From Polyangiales bacterium (GTDB lineage Bacteria > Myxococcota_A > Polyangia > Polyangiales > Polyangiaceae), in contig JBBRNJ010000083.1 in NCBI GenBank assembly GCA_038230375.1, positions 1 to 37,886 on the forward strand: a stretch of 37,886 nucleotides of DNA. Direction: 5' to 3'. The notes below the pieces were generated by a model. The model saw only the letters and a program-made list of their open reading frames with translations. It was not told the origin of the DNA and searched no databases. The position numbers and the translations under genes were made by a program. This document shows, piece by piece, positions 17,570 to 26,608 of the stretch. Within the stretch, counting starts at the first letter, position 1. Every line of letters begins with the position of its first letter.

Positions 17570-18340
17570 TCAACGCGACAGCTCGCGTACGAGCCAGCGG
17601 TCCAGCTTCTCCATCGCATCCGCGATCTCCTTCGCGGAGCCCGTGTGCTCGCTCATCTCCAGGGCGATGCGTGTGTAGACGAGCCACCCGTCCGCCACGG
17701 GAAAGAGATCGATCTGCATCTTGAGGTGATCGGGCGCGACCACGGGGCTCCATGAGAGGAGCGCCTCGATCTCCAGGGCGCGTGGATTCCAGATCGTGAG
17801 ATGAAGGGAGCCGTTGGCGCCGTCGTCCAGGCGCGCAGCAACGGGCATGCGCACCGGGACCTTTCCCAGTGGGCCATCCGCAGTGCCCGCGCAGAGGCCA
17901 GTGCCATTGCCCTCGCGCACGATGGCGTCGCATGCGCCAGACGGCGCGAAGCCGTCGACCGCGGACGAAAGCTTGCGGAGGCGCTTTTGCTGCACGTCGT
18001 CGCGCCTGGGGATCTTGTGCAGGAGCACCACGCCAGCGTGCAGCGAACGCGGACCGAGCGCGCGAAGGCTGCTCCGATCCTGCGCGGTGATGCTGCCGTC
18101 TGCGATGGAGCGCCTCACCGTCTTGCCGCGCATGAGCTCTGGCAGTGCAGCAGCGTTCTCCGGCGCAACAAACGGAGTATGGGCGAGCGCGCTCTCCTCT
18201 GCGGCACACAGCGGGTCTCCGGCATGACACGAGGGCGACACGAATGGCTCCGCGCTCGCCGCAGGTGCAGCGAGGAGCGCAGTGCTCGTGACAAGACCAA
18301 GGGCGAGCGAGAGGAGGAGGCGCGGTGCGGTTCGATTCAC
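17570..18340 (-). CDS. Secreted hypothetical protein
   Basis: GTG 18340 with AAGGAAG SD; signal peptide ending ASA-EP. Confidence 0.7.
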   Translation of the reverse strand: MNRTAPRLLLSLALGLVTSTALLAAPAASAEPFVSPSCHAGDPLCAAEESALAHTPFVAPENAAALPELMRGKTVRRSIADGSITAQDRSSLRALGPRSLHAGVVLLHKIPRRDDVQQKRLRKLSSAVDGFAPSGACDAIVREGNGTGLCAGTADGPLGKVPVRMPVAARLDDGANGSLHLTIWNPRALEIEALLSWSPVVAPDHLKMQIDLFPVADGWLVYTRIALEMSEHTGSAKEIADAMEKLDRWLVRELSR

Positions 18341-18584
18341 GTTCGATGCTTCCTTTTCGACGAGAGCGATGAAGCTGCTCCGTCCAGAGTTCCGATGCGT
18401 GCGTGCGCACCGACGTTCAGGACTTTCATCCGGAAAAAAGCAGGGAATAATTGCCCACGACGCGAGCCGCGACGGACGTCGAAAAACCTGCGCCCGTTGG
18501 CGCTCTCGAAGATCGATCACATCTATTTCATGATTCGACACAGCGAGCGGCGCCCGTGCGGCGTCCTTTGGATATCCTCTGGTG

Positions 18585-19370
18585 ATGGACAGCTGGCTGC
18601 ACGGCTCACCTTCGGCGCTCAAGGGGAAGCGGATCTTCCGGCTCGGTCTCGCGGCCAACTACGGCATCGACGAGCACGGGGTACGCGCGTCGATGGAGCG
18701 TGGCGTGAACACGTTCCTGTGGACGTCGCGTGGGAAGGGCCTGAAGAGCCCGCTGCGTGAGGCGCTGGCAAAGAAGCGTGACGACGTCGCGTTGATCGGC
18801 TTCGCTCAGATCGGCTGGTTCGGGTGGGGCGTGCGGCGCGGCGCGGAGGCGCTCTTGCGCGAGCTGGGCACGGACTATCTGGACACGTATCTGCTGGGGT
18901 GGCTCGGCGTCGGTGCGGCGTGGTCGTCGGGTACGGAGCGTGAGCTCGTGCACCTGCGCGAGAGCGGGAAGGTCCGCTCGATCGGTGTATCCATCCATGA
19001 TCGCCCCCGCGCGGGCAAGCTCGCAGAGTCGTCTCCGCTCGACCTGCTCATGATCCGCTACAACGCCGCGCATCCGGGCGCGGAGCGTGAGATCTTCCCG
19101 CACAAGCGCGACAGGACGCCGAACATCCTCGCGTACACGGGCACATCGTGGCGCAAGCTCCTGAAGAAGCCCGGTGGCTGGACGGGGCCCGTGATGAGCG
19201 CTGGCGACTGCTATCGCTTCCAGCTCTCCAACCCGAACGTCGACCTGGCGGTGATGGGGCCGGCGTCCGAGGCGCAGATGAACGAGAACATGGACGGCCT
19301 CGCAAAGGGGCCGCTCACACCGGACGAAGAGAAGTGGATGCGGGAGTTCGGGCGCGCAGTACATGGATGA
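18585..19370 (+). CDS. Aldo/keto reductase-fold protein (catalytic tetrad apparently absent)
   Basis: LRELGTDYLDTYLLGW, LRESGKVRSIGVSIH, MIRYNAAH, NPNVDLAVMGP...QMNENM. Confidence 0.85.
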   Translation: MDSWLHGSPSALKGKRIFRLGLAANYGIDEHGVRASMERGVNTFLWTSRGKGLKSPLREALAKKRDDVALIGFAQIGWFGWGVRRGAEALLRELGTDYLDTYLLGWLGVGAAWSSGTERELVHLRESGKVRSIGVSIHDRPRAGKLAESSPLDLLMIRYNAAHPGAEREIFPHKRDRTPNILAYTGTSWRKLLKKPGGWTGPVMSAGDCYRFQLSNPNVDLAVMGPASEAQMNENMDGLAKGPLTPDEEKWMREFGRAVHG

Positions 19371-19710
19371 CGACGCGTGGGTCGTGGTGCTCGGCGTGGT
19401 CGCGCTGGGCATCGCGGCGCTCTTCTTCGTGGCAAGGCGCGCTGTCACGATCTGCGTGCTCTCCGTGGAGCAAGGGCTGGTGCGCGTCAGGCATGGGGAC
19501 CTGACGCCGCGCATCCTCCAGGATCTGCGTGACGTCGTGGCACGACCGAAGGTCGCGCGCGGTGAGATCCGGATCACGCGCGGCGACGGACGCGCGCAGG
19601 TCGCCCTCTCCGGCACCTTCACCGAAGCGCAGGCCCAGCAGGTGCGCAACGTCGTCGGTTCCGTGCCGCTGGCCAGGCTCGCAAGCGCCCGCGCCTCCCG
19701 CGGTCTCTAG
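19363..19710 (+). CDS. Small membrane-anchored protein, DUF3634-like
   Basis: N-terminal TM helix; G-F...QQVRN C-terminal pattern; overlaps AKR stop by 8 nt. Confidence 0.7.
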   Translation: MDDDAWVVVLGVVALGIAALFFVARRAVTICVLSVEQGLVRVRHGDLTPRILQDLRDVVARPKVARGEIRITRGDGRAQVALSGTFTEAQAQQVRNVVGSVPLARLASARASRGL

Positions 19711-19829
19711 AATTTTTACTTTCTGCGTTACAGGCGGCGGGGCGCGGCGTCATCCATGCGAGGCGGACGAAACCGCCCCTTCGTGCGCAGCGAAATCCTG
19801 CGTTCTTTTCGATTCTGGAGTCTCCCATC

Positions 19830-20288
19830 ATGGTCTCGCTCACGAACATCAGCGCCCGCCTCCTTGCCGTTGTCCTCTTCGCTTCACCGGTCCTCGTCGC
19901 GTGCAGCGGCTCGAGCAGCGGTGGCGACACCGGGAGCGGCACAGGGTCCGGCAGCGGCAGCAAGCCGGGCTCAGGCTCCGGGAGCGGCTCTGGCTCTGGC
20001 TCTGGCTCCGGCTCCGGCTCCGGGAGCGGCTCGGGCTCTGGCTCAGGCTCCGGCTCGAGCTCGAGCAGCGCGTCCTGCTGCCTTGGTTCCAGCTTCTACT
20101 CCTGCCCGACCAGCGACGACGCGGACAAGTGTCTGAAGAACGGCAGCTCCGGCGCGTGCTCGCGCAAGTCTTCCAGCGACAACATGTGCTGCTCCTCCAG
20201 CGGCTTCTCGTGCTCGTCCGCGTCGGAGTGCTGCAGCGGCAAGTGCATCGACGACCCGGACAACATGGGCAGCCAGATCTGCAAGTGA
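19830..20288 (+). CDS. Gly-Ser-linker lipoprotein with 12-Cys C-terminal region (knottin-like)
   Basis: GGAG SD; lipobox LVAC; (GS)n linker; C-x6-C-x5-CC-x3-C-x11-C at the C-terminus. Confidence 0.8.
   Translation: MVSLTNISARLLAVVLFASPVLVACSGSSSGGDTGSGTGSGSGSKPGSGSGSGSGSGSGSGSGSGSGSGSGSGSGSSSSSASCCLGSSFYSCPTSDDADKCLKNGSSGACSRKSSSDNMCCSSSGFSCSSASECCSGKCIDDPDNMGSQICK
19930..20058 (+). repeat. Coding (GGC/GGG-TCN/AGC)n hexamer repeat encoding (GS)n
   Basis: Direct reading; synonymous variation between units. Confidence 0.85.
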
Positions 20289-20307
20289 GCGCGTATGATG
20301 CGCCGCG

Positions 20308-21174
20308 ATGTCGGAGGAGCTCTCGAGATTACTGACGGGCACGAGCCGCACGTTCGCGGCCGCCATCCCGCTGCTCGAGCCCGGGCTCGCGGAAGAGGTG
20401 ACGGTCGCGTACCTGCTCCTCCGTATCGCCGACACGTTCGAGGACGCGGACGCATGGCCGGCATCACAGCGGATCGAAGCGCTCGCGAGGTTCGAGCACG
20501 CAATCGCGCAGCTCTCCTGCACGCCGCTGATCGCGCCGCCGGGCTTCGATGCGGCACACCAGGAGCTGATGGAGAAGGCGCCGCGGGTGCTCGAGGGGCT
20601 CGCCGCCTGCGCCGCGGATGCGCGCGAGGTGGTAGCGAAGCACGTGACGCACACGTCGGCTGGAATGCGCGAGTTCCTCGAGGCAAGTACGGCGACGCGC
20701 GGCGTAACGCTCCGCACTGAAGGCGAGCTGTTCCGCTACTGCTACGTCGTGGCGGGGATTGTCGGGGAGCTGCTCACCGAGCTGTTCATCATCGCCGTTC
20801 CGTCACTCTCGAAGGTGGAGCGAGACCTGCGCGCGGAGGCCGCGGCATTCGGCGAAGCACTGCAGCTGGTGAACATCCTGAAGGACCGCGAGCGCGACGC
20901 CGCCGAGGGCAGGCGTTTCATCCCGCAGGACGCAGATCTGTCGGCCGTATTGGCACGCGCCCGCACCGACTGCGAGCGCGCGCGCAGGTATACCTCCACG
21001 CTGGAAGAGGGCGGCGCAACCCCAGGCATCCTGGCGTTCACGCGCTTCCCCCTCCGCGTTGCGGAAGAGACGCTCTCCGCCCTGGAGAGCACCGGCCCCG
21101 GAGCAAAGATCGGCCGCCCCCGCGTCCTTGCAATCCTGGAAGAAGAGCGAGCTCGCAACCCAACGCACAAGTGA
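20308..21174 (+). CDS. Squalene/phytoene synthase family protein
   Basis: SRTF, YLLLRIADTFED, YCYVVAGIVG, LQLVNILKD motifs. Confidence 0.92.
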   Translation: MSEELSRLLTGTSRTFAAAIPLLEPGLAEEVTVAYLLLRIADTFEDADAWPASQRIEALARFEHAIAQLSCTPLIAPPGFDAAHQELMEKAPRVLEGLAACAADAREVVAKHVTHTSAGMREFLEASTATRGVTLRTEGELFRYCYVVAGIVGELLTELFIIAVPSLSKVERDLRAEAAAFGEALQLVNILKDRERDAAEGRRFIPQDADLSAVLARARTDCERARRYTSTLEEGGATPGILAFTRFPLRVAEETLSALESTGPGAKIGRPRVLAILEEERARNPTHK

Positions 21175-21199
21175 GAACGCGGCGGCGGGATGGAGCGTC

Positions 21200-22636
21200 T
21201 CAGAATATGTGCGTGAAGTTCACGTAGAGCCCGCTGTCTTCTTCGCTGATGCCGTAGTCGACCATGATGATGGTGGCCAGGTTCCACGCCACGCGGAGGC
21301 CCAGGCCCTCGGCGCGCTTCCACTTGTCGATGTTCGTGTTGCGCACGCTGTCGAACGTGCGGCCCATGTCCAGGAACGGAACTCCGATGAACGCGAATCG
21401 CTGGCCAAGGATGCGCGTGTGCGCGAACGTCCAGCGGACCTCGTAGTTGGTCAGCGCCATCACGTGCCCCACGAAGCGGTCCTGCTTGTAGCCGCGTAGC
21501 GTACGCACGCCGCCCATGCCCGTGCGTGGGTCCTCCGTGAAGGGGAACGTGTCCATGGAGAAGAACGGGACGCCCTGGCTCTGCACCTCGTAGACGCCGC
21601 GCGCAGCGAGCACCAGGTCCGCGGTCTTCGGGATCGGGCTCACGTAGCCGCGCGCAGCGAGCATCACGCGCGCGTAGTCGAAGTTCGACGCCAGGTACTG
21701 CGTGCCAAAGTCGGCGGCCAGATCCGCGAAGAGACCGGAGTTCGGATCCGGCTCGAAATCGCGGGTGTCGAACGCAAGGCCCAGGCGCAGCGTGTTGTCC
21801 CAGCCACCGGCGCAGCCCTTGATCCTGCGTGCGTCGCAGTCCTCGCGCAGCCGGGTGGTCGCGTTCGGCGCGTTCAGCTTTCCGCCGGTCGCGTCCACGG
21901 CCTCGCTGGTCTTGCCCGTGTAGTCCGTGACGCCGCCGTGCGAGAACCCAAGGCCGAAGAGCGGACGTAGGATGCCGCCGAGCAAGCTGCGCTCGATCGA
22001 CAGCAGCCAGATCGGCCGCTCGAACATCATCTTGTCGTAGAGGCCGTTGGTGGAGCCGTCCGCGCGCAGGCGTTGCTGCGCCTTGTCGTAGTCGTCGAAT
22101 TTCGTGAACGTGCGCGGATCCCCGCTGAAATGAAGCTCCGAAGAGCGCTCGTCCACGCCGTAGTAGTTCCGGTTCGTGTTGCGCTCGTAGATCATCTGCG
22201 AGCGCACGCGCCACGGCGAGCCGAAGAGCGCGGGCGCGTCGTAGTCGAGCCAGTGGAACTGCAGACCGCCCGTCGTGAAGAACGCCTGCGCGAACATGCG
22301 GTGCTCGTACGGTGTGTACGCGAAGAGCGGGTTCGAACGCTTCCCGTCAATGTAGTAGTACGCGCGCGCGCCAAGGCCCACGCCCGTGTTCGGATCGTAG
22401 TTCGCAAGGGGAAGACCGGTGAAGTAGCCATCCTCCTTCTTCTTCGCGAGGTCCTCGTCGTTCAGGCGGCTCTTCCCGCCGAACCCTGGCGGCGGTGGCT
22501 CGGTGTTCGTGGGGACGACCACTGCCGCAGGCGGATCGGACGGAGGCGGAAACGGCGTGTCGTCTGCGGGTGCGAGCGCCGAAAGCGAGAGTAGCGCGCA
22601 CGACGAGAGCGCCGAAAGCGCGAGCCGAGCGTGCAT
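21200..22636 (-). CDS. Omp85/BamA-TamA family outer-membrane beta-barrel
   Basis: Signal peptide; FDTRD, GGVRTLRGY, FLDMG, GLGLR; terminal Phe. Confidence 0.88.
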   Translation of the reverse strand: MHARLALSALSSCALLSLSALAPADDTPFPPPSDPPAAVVVPTNTEPPPPGFGGKSRLNDEDLAKKKEDGYFTGLPLANYDPNTGVGLGARAYYYIDGKRSNPLFAYTPYEHRMFAQAFFTTGGLQFHWLDYDAPALFGSPWRVRSQMIYERNTNRNYYGVDERSSELHFSGDPRTFTKFDDYDKAQQRLRADGSTNGLYDKMMFERPIWLLSIERSLLGGILRPLFGLGFSHGGVTDYTGKTSEAVDATGGKLNAPNATTRLREDCDARRIKGCAGGWDNTLRLGLAFDTRDFEPDPNSGLFADLAADFGTQYLASNFDYARVMLAARGYVSPIPKTADLVLAARGVYEVQSQGVPFFSMDTFPFTEDPRTGMGGVRTLRGYKQDRFVGHVMALTNYEVRWTFAHTRILGQRFAFIGVPFLDMGRTFDSVRNTNIDKWKRAEGLGLRVAWNLATIIMVDYGISEEDSGLYVNFTHIF

Positions 22637-22662
22637 GCAGCGAAGGTATCAGAACGTGTAGT

Positions 22663-23181
22663 TCAGAAGGTCCCGAACACGCGCAGCCCGGTGGCGGTGG
22701 GCGCGAATCCGAGGCGCGTGTGCTCCGCGCTACCACTGCGCCGGCTGCGGTCGGTTCGCGACGCGCCGTGCACGAGCAGCACGATGCCTGCGGTCTGCGC
22801 GCCCGTCGCCGCGAGCGCGTACGGGAGCGCCATGGTGACGTGGAAGAAGCGATCGAGGCCGCTGGTGTTCGCGCCCACGCAGGAGAACGGCTCGCCGTTG
22901 CCGTGACACGGGTTCGCCTTTTCGTACGTGACGCGCGCGTCGATGCGCTGCATCGTGGTGGTCCACCAGACGAGCGGCCCGATGAGTGGGATCGCCGCCG
23001 TCTGGTTGCCGCGACCGGTGAGCGCTGGTGCGGCGCCGAGCCCGTAGCCGCCGACGAGTGCCCCGGTGCCGAGCGCGAGCTCCGCGGTGGGATCGAGCTC
23101 AGTGGCGCTGGCGGTCTTCGGGAGAAGGAGAAGAAGAAGGGCGGTCAGGATGGTGACCGCGAGGAGGAGCGCCTTTCGCAT
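22663..23181 (-). CDS. Secreted/membrane hypothetical protein
   Basis: MRKALLL signal peptide; IPLIGP motif; C-terminal GLRVFGTF beta-strand. Confidence 0.7.
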   Translation of the reverse strand: MRKALLLAVTILTALLLLLLPKTASATELDPTAELALGTGALVGGYGLGAAPALTGRGNQTAAIPLIGPLVWWTTTMQRIDARVTYEKANPCHGNGEPFSCVGANTSGLDRFFHVTMALPYALAATGAQTAGIVLLVHGASRTDRSRRSGSAEHTRLGFAPTATGLRVFGTF

Positions 23182-23260
23182 GAGGCAAGGGTGACTGCTG
23201 ATGACGCGCAGGACAAATGACACGAGCTGACAGTTGCGCGCAGGTGCTGCGATCGGCGGG

Positions 23261-23287
23261 CACGTTCATGTTCACGTTCATGTTCAC
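23261..23287. repeat. Hexamer tandem repeat (CAYGTT)n, intergenic
   Basis: cacgttcatgttcacgttcatgttcac. Confidence 0.85.
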
Positions 23288-23291
23288 GGGG

Positions 23292-24068
23292 TCATGGCGT
23301 GAAGGAGACCTTTGCGGCGTAGGCGCCTGGCGTGGGAAGCGGGAGGCTGGTGAGGGCAGACACCACGCAGTCGATTTTTTCGGCGGCGTCCTTGGTGGAC
23401 GCGGAGGCTCCCAGCGCGCGGAAGTGGCCGCCCTTTGGCTTTGGCTTTGGCTTCGCCTTTTCCTTCCTGTCCTTGCCGGGTGCACCGGGCTCGATGTAGC
23501 CCGTCAACGCCAGCTGGCCGTGCATGCCTTTGATGCACTGGTCGACGCGCCCACGAACGACTGGCTGTGCGGCGAGCGCCTTCGCGACCTTCTCGGGATC
23601 GTAGACGGTGGGCGCGCGCTCCGGGCCAGCCTCCCACCCGAGCGCGTGCCGCACCTCCGCCTCTCCGCCCACGGGCGCCGGCCAATCGACCTTGGTCAGC
23701 GTGTCCAGGATGCACGACTCGGTGGCGCGATCGCCCAGCGACGACACCTCGAAGTACCCGTATCGGACGTGCCCGGTGCGATCGATGCGGAGGAAGATCT
23801 TCACGTCTCCCGCAAGATAAGGCACGCGTGTGCGCGCGTCGGTGTGGCAGCTCTCGAGCGCTTCACCCTGCTTCTTGAATAGCTGCTCGACGGCGTCCTG
23901 ATCGATCGAGCCGAACTCCTGCTCCACCACGGGCGCAGGCGCGGACCGCACGGGCTCGGCCTCCTTCGGTGGCTCGGTCACGGCGGGCTTCGGCTTGGCG
24001 CACGCGCACAGGAGCAGGGCGAGCGGCACGAGCGCATGGCGAACGAACGGACCCACTCGCTCCAGCAT
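23292..24068 (-). CDS. AgmX/PglI C-terminal (TonB-C-like) domain lipoprotein
   Basis: Lipobox LCAC; ESCH...LAGDVKIFLRIDRTG...SSLGD...CI...WPAPVGG; second similar domain ending LPTPG. Confidence 0.8.
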   Translation of the reverse strand: MLERVGPFVRHALVPLALLLCACAKPKPAVTEPPKEAEPVRSAPAPVVEQEFGSIDQDAVEQLFKKQGEALESCHTDARTRVPYLAGDVKIFLRIDRTGHVRYGYFEVSSLGDRATESCILDTLTKVDWPAPVGGEAEVRHALGWEAGPERAPTVYDPEKVAKALAAQPVVRGRVDQCIKGMHGQLALTGYIEPGAPGKDRKEKAKPKPKPKGGHFRALGASASTKDAAEKIDCVVSALTSLPLPTPGAYAAKVSFTP

Positions 24069-24142
24069 AGGCGATCCTGATGTGAACGCCGTACCATCGA
24101 GACCGTCATGACAACACCCATCACCTGGAGCACCGAGCGCGG

Positions 24143-24808
24143 ATGACCAAGGAGATCGACTTCTACTTCGACTTCATCTCCCCGTATGCGTACGTCGCAT
24201 GGTCCGAGGTCTCGCGTCTGGCGACCGCGCATGATTGCATCATACACGCATATCCCGTGCTGTTCGCGGCGCTGCTGGATGCGCACGGGACCAAGGGGCC
24301 AGCGGAGGTACCGGCCAAGCGCGTCTACGTCTTCAAGGACGCATTCCGGAAGGCGCATCGCGCAGGGCTCCCGCCGCTCACGCCGCCACCATCGCATCCG
24401 TTCAACCCGCTGCATGCGCTGCGCGCAGTGGCGATCACGACGGCACCGGAGGAGCGCGCACGCCTGATCACTGCGCTCTACGGCGCCACGTGGGCGGGGG
24501 GTGGCGGCGTGGACGGCCTGGACCGCGTGCGTAGCGTTGCCACCGCCGCGGGTCTCGCGGGTGACGCTATCGCAGCGCGGGCCGCGAGCCAGGAGGCGAA
24601 GGATGCAGTGCGGGCGAACACGGAGCGGGCGGTCGCGCGTGGCGTGTTCGGCGTGCCCACCATGCTGTACCAGGACGAGCTCTTCTGGGGCGTGGACTCG
24701 CTGCTCCACCTGGCCGACATGATCGAGGGGAAGGATCCGCTGCCACAAGGCCTGCTTGTGCAGTGGTCGAACCTGCCGGCAAGTGCGATACGCCCCGGCA
24801 GTCGGTAG
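24143..24808 (+). CDS. 2-hydroxychromene-2-carboxylate isomerase / DsbA-family (GST kappa-like) protein
   Basis: FYFDFISPYAY, HPFNP, GVFGVPT, LFWGVD. Confidence 0.92.
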   Translation: MTKEIDFYFDFISPYAYVAWSEVSRLATAHDCIIHAYPVLFAALLDAHGTKGPAEVPAKRVYVFKDAFRKAHRAGLPPLTPPPSHPFNPLHALRAVAITTAPEERARLITALYGATWAGGGGVDGLDRVRSVATAAGLAGDAIAARAASQEAKDAVRANTERAVARGVFGVPTMLYQDELFWGVDSLLHLADMIEGKDPLPQGLLVQWSNLPASAIRPGSR

Positions 24809-24852
24809 GCCTGCGGGAAGCGTTTCGCTGCGCCGGACGTACAATGAAACGG

Positions 24853-25488
24853 ATGGGTGCACCCGACGATCCGGACTTCGTACCGCGCGCACCGCCCCAC
24901 ACGGCGCCCGTCGCACGGGAGCCCCGCTGGCTCGGGTGGTACGGAGCCGCGCTCTGCGTCCCGGCGTGCGCGGTCGCCGCATTCGGACTGTCCGCGTTCC
25001 ACGTTGGCGTCAGCGACAGCGGTGGGGTCGTGGCCGCCGTCATGGTCGCGTTCGTCGGCGGATTCTTCGGTGGCCTCTTCCTGATCAGCGCGAGGTCGAA
25101 GCGCGCATGGCTCGTCTCCGTTCTGGGTGGGCTGGCGGTGGCGTCCATGGCGTCCGTTGCAGTGGGCGCGATGGGCCCGGTCACCCTGGGCAAATCGCTG
25201 TGCGAGCATGGCTCATCCCACGACTGCAGCGCGATCGGCCGCAGGGCGGCCACACGGGAAGAACGTGCAAAATACAACGAAAAGGCCTGCGCTCTGGGCA
25301 TTCGCGGCGCATGCGGGCGCCTCGCGCGGGACGAGAGCGTCGTGCGGGCGCAGCAAGCCTTCGACGGCTACTGCGTCACGCGACAGAACGAGTACCGTTG
25401 CTCCTCCCACGACGTCGCCACCTTCTGTGGAGATCCGCCCACCATGTCGTCCGAGTACACCTACTCCCAGTGCGACAACGACTACTGA
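24853..25488 (+). CDS. Membrane protein with Cys-containing Sel1-like C-terminus
   Basis: Three TM helices followed by LCEHG...EKACALG...AC; start 24844 or 24853. Confidence 0.65.
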   Translation: MGAPDDPDFVPRAPPHTAPVAREPRWLGWYGAALCVPACAVAAFGLSAFHVGVSDSGGVVAAVMVAFVGGFFGGLFLISARSKRAWLVSVLGGLAVASMASVAVGAMGPVTLGKSLCEHGSSHDCSAIGRRAATREERAKYNEKACALGIRGACGRLARDESVVRAQQAFDGYCVTRQNEYRCSSHDVATFCGDPPTMSSEYTYSQCDNDY

Positions 25489-25512
25489 GGCAACCTCCGG
25501 CTCGGCTCCGGC

Positions 25513-25542
25513 TCAGCGCCGTCAGCGCGGTCAGCGCGATCA
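25513..25542. repeat. 9-bp tandem repeat (TCAGCGC core) overlapping the SnoaL-like gene stop
   Basis: tcagcgccg tcagcgcgg tcagcgcga tca. Confidence 0.75.
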
Positions 25543-25905
25543 CCCATGGTAGACGCGCGACGCGCGGATGATCCCGCGATTGCTGACAACGAGCACCTCT
25601 GCGACAAGCAGATCAGCGTCGCCGGGGTTCTTGCGCACGTACTCCATGAAGACACGGTCGCCCATTGCGGTGAGATGCTCGGGCTCGTAGCGCAGTCCAG
25701 GCAGCCGGGCCATGGCGTCTGCCCACCATGCGCGCAGCTGTTCCTTGCCGCGGATCTCGCCGCGGGTCTCGGGCTGTCGCTCGCGCAGCTTGGGGCTCAC
25801 GTGAACCGCGTCTTCCTCGTAGAGCGCGAGGAGGGCACCGAGATCCCTGGCGTTGAACGCGGTGAGCCAGCGGGTGGCAAGGTCACAAAGCGCGTTGGTG
25901 TCCAT
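25540..25905 (-). CDS. SnoaL-like / NTF2-fold protein
   Basis: WLTAFNARDLGALLALYEEDA...IRGKEQLRAWW...RVYHG. Confidence 0.9.
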   Translation of the reverse strand: MDTNALCDLATRWLTAFNARDLGALLALYEEDAVHVSPKLRERQPETRGEIRGKEQLRAWWADAMARLPGLRYEPEHLTAMGDRVFMEYVRKNPGDADLLVAEVLVVSNRGIIRASRVYHG

Positions 25906-25970
25906 GGCGCAAGCCTACCCGGTCGACGCGTGTCGTGGCAGGCGTGCGCAGCGGGTGCTAGATCTTGATC

Positions 25971-26585
25971 ATGACGCGGTCGGGACTGAGGTGGCGATCT
26001 GTGGCGGTCTCGGGGCTCGCGCTCTGCGTTCTGTCCACGATCCAGGCGCCCGGTCGGACTGGCAGCGTGCTGGGCGGCTTCGAGAGCGAAGCACGCGCCG
26101 ACTCACCTGCACCCTACACGGTTCACCGCGACACGAAGGATCCGCGATGGGTCCAGGGCGAGGTGACCGTGGACGCCGCGCCGGACGTCGTCTTCGCGAT
26201 CGTCGCGCAGGTCGACGCATGGCCGAAGACCATGACGGACATCTCTCGGTTGAAGGTTGTCTCGCACAAGGGCGACCACTGGGAGGTGGAGCTCGAGACC
26301 CGCACCATCCCTGCGGGCATGCTCGCGTACGACGTGGCCGTGACTCCCGCCAATCGCTCGGCGCGGCTCTACACCAACCGCATGGGCGTCTACACCATCG
26401 CTCAGACCGACGTGAAGCCCGGCCCCACGCCCGGTCAGTCAAAGGTCACCTACAGCTTGCTCATCACTGTGTCTGGCGTGCCTTCGCTCCTCATCTCGGA
26501 GAAGTCGCTCCGCACCAAGCAGGAGCACATGGTGGACCAGACGGTGGGCGATCTCTATCGAGCATTCAAGAAGCCCGCGCCCTGA
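25971..26585 (+). CDS. SRPBCC/START (polyketide-cyclase-like) domain protein, probably exported
   Basis: VDAAPDVVFAIVAQVDAWPK motif; hydrophobic N-terminus. Confidence 0.8.
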   Translation: MTRSGLRWRSVAVSGLALCVLSTIQAPGRTGSVLGGFESEARADSPAPYTVHRDTKDPRWVQGEVTVDAAPDVVFAIVAQVDAWPKTMTDISRLKVVSHKGDHWEVELETRTIPAGMLAYDVAVTPANRSARLYTNRMGVYTIAQTDVKPGPTPGQSKVTYSLLITVSGVPSLLISEKSLRTKQEHMVDQTVGDLYRAFKKPAP

Positions 26586-26608
26586 CGCCGTAGTAGAACT
26601 GCGTCGGC

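Noticed and set aside
18506..18522. CRP/FNR-like site TGTGA-N6-TTCGA (minus strand)
   Set aside because: Only one good half-site; insufficient support
19930..20058. Repeat array as CRISPR or mobile repeat
   Set aside because: Hexamer coding repeat for Gly-Ser; no spacers and no cas genes
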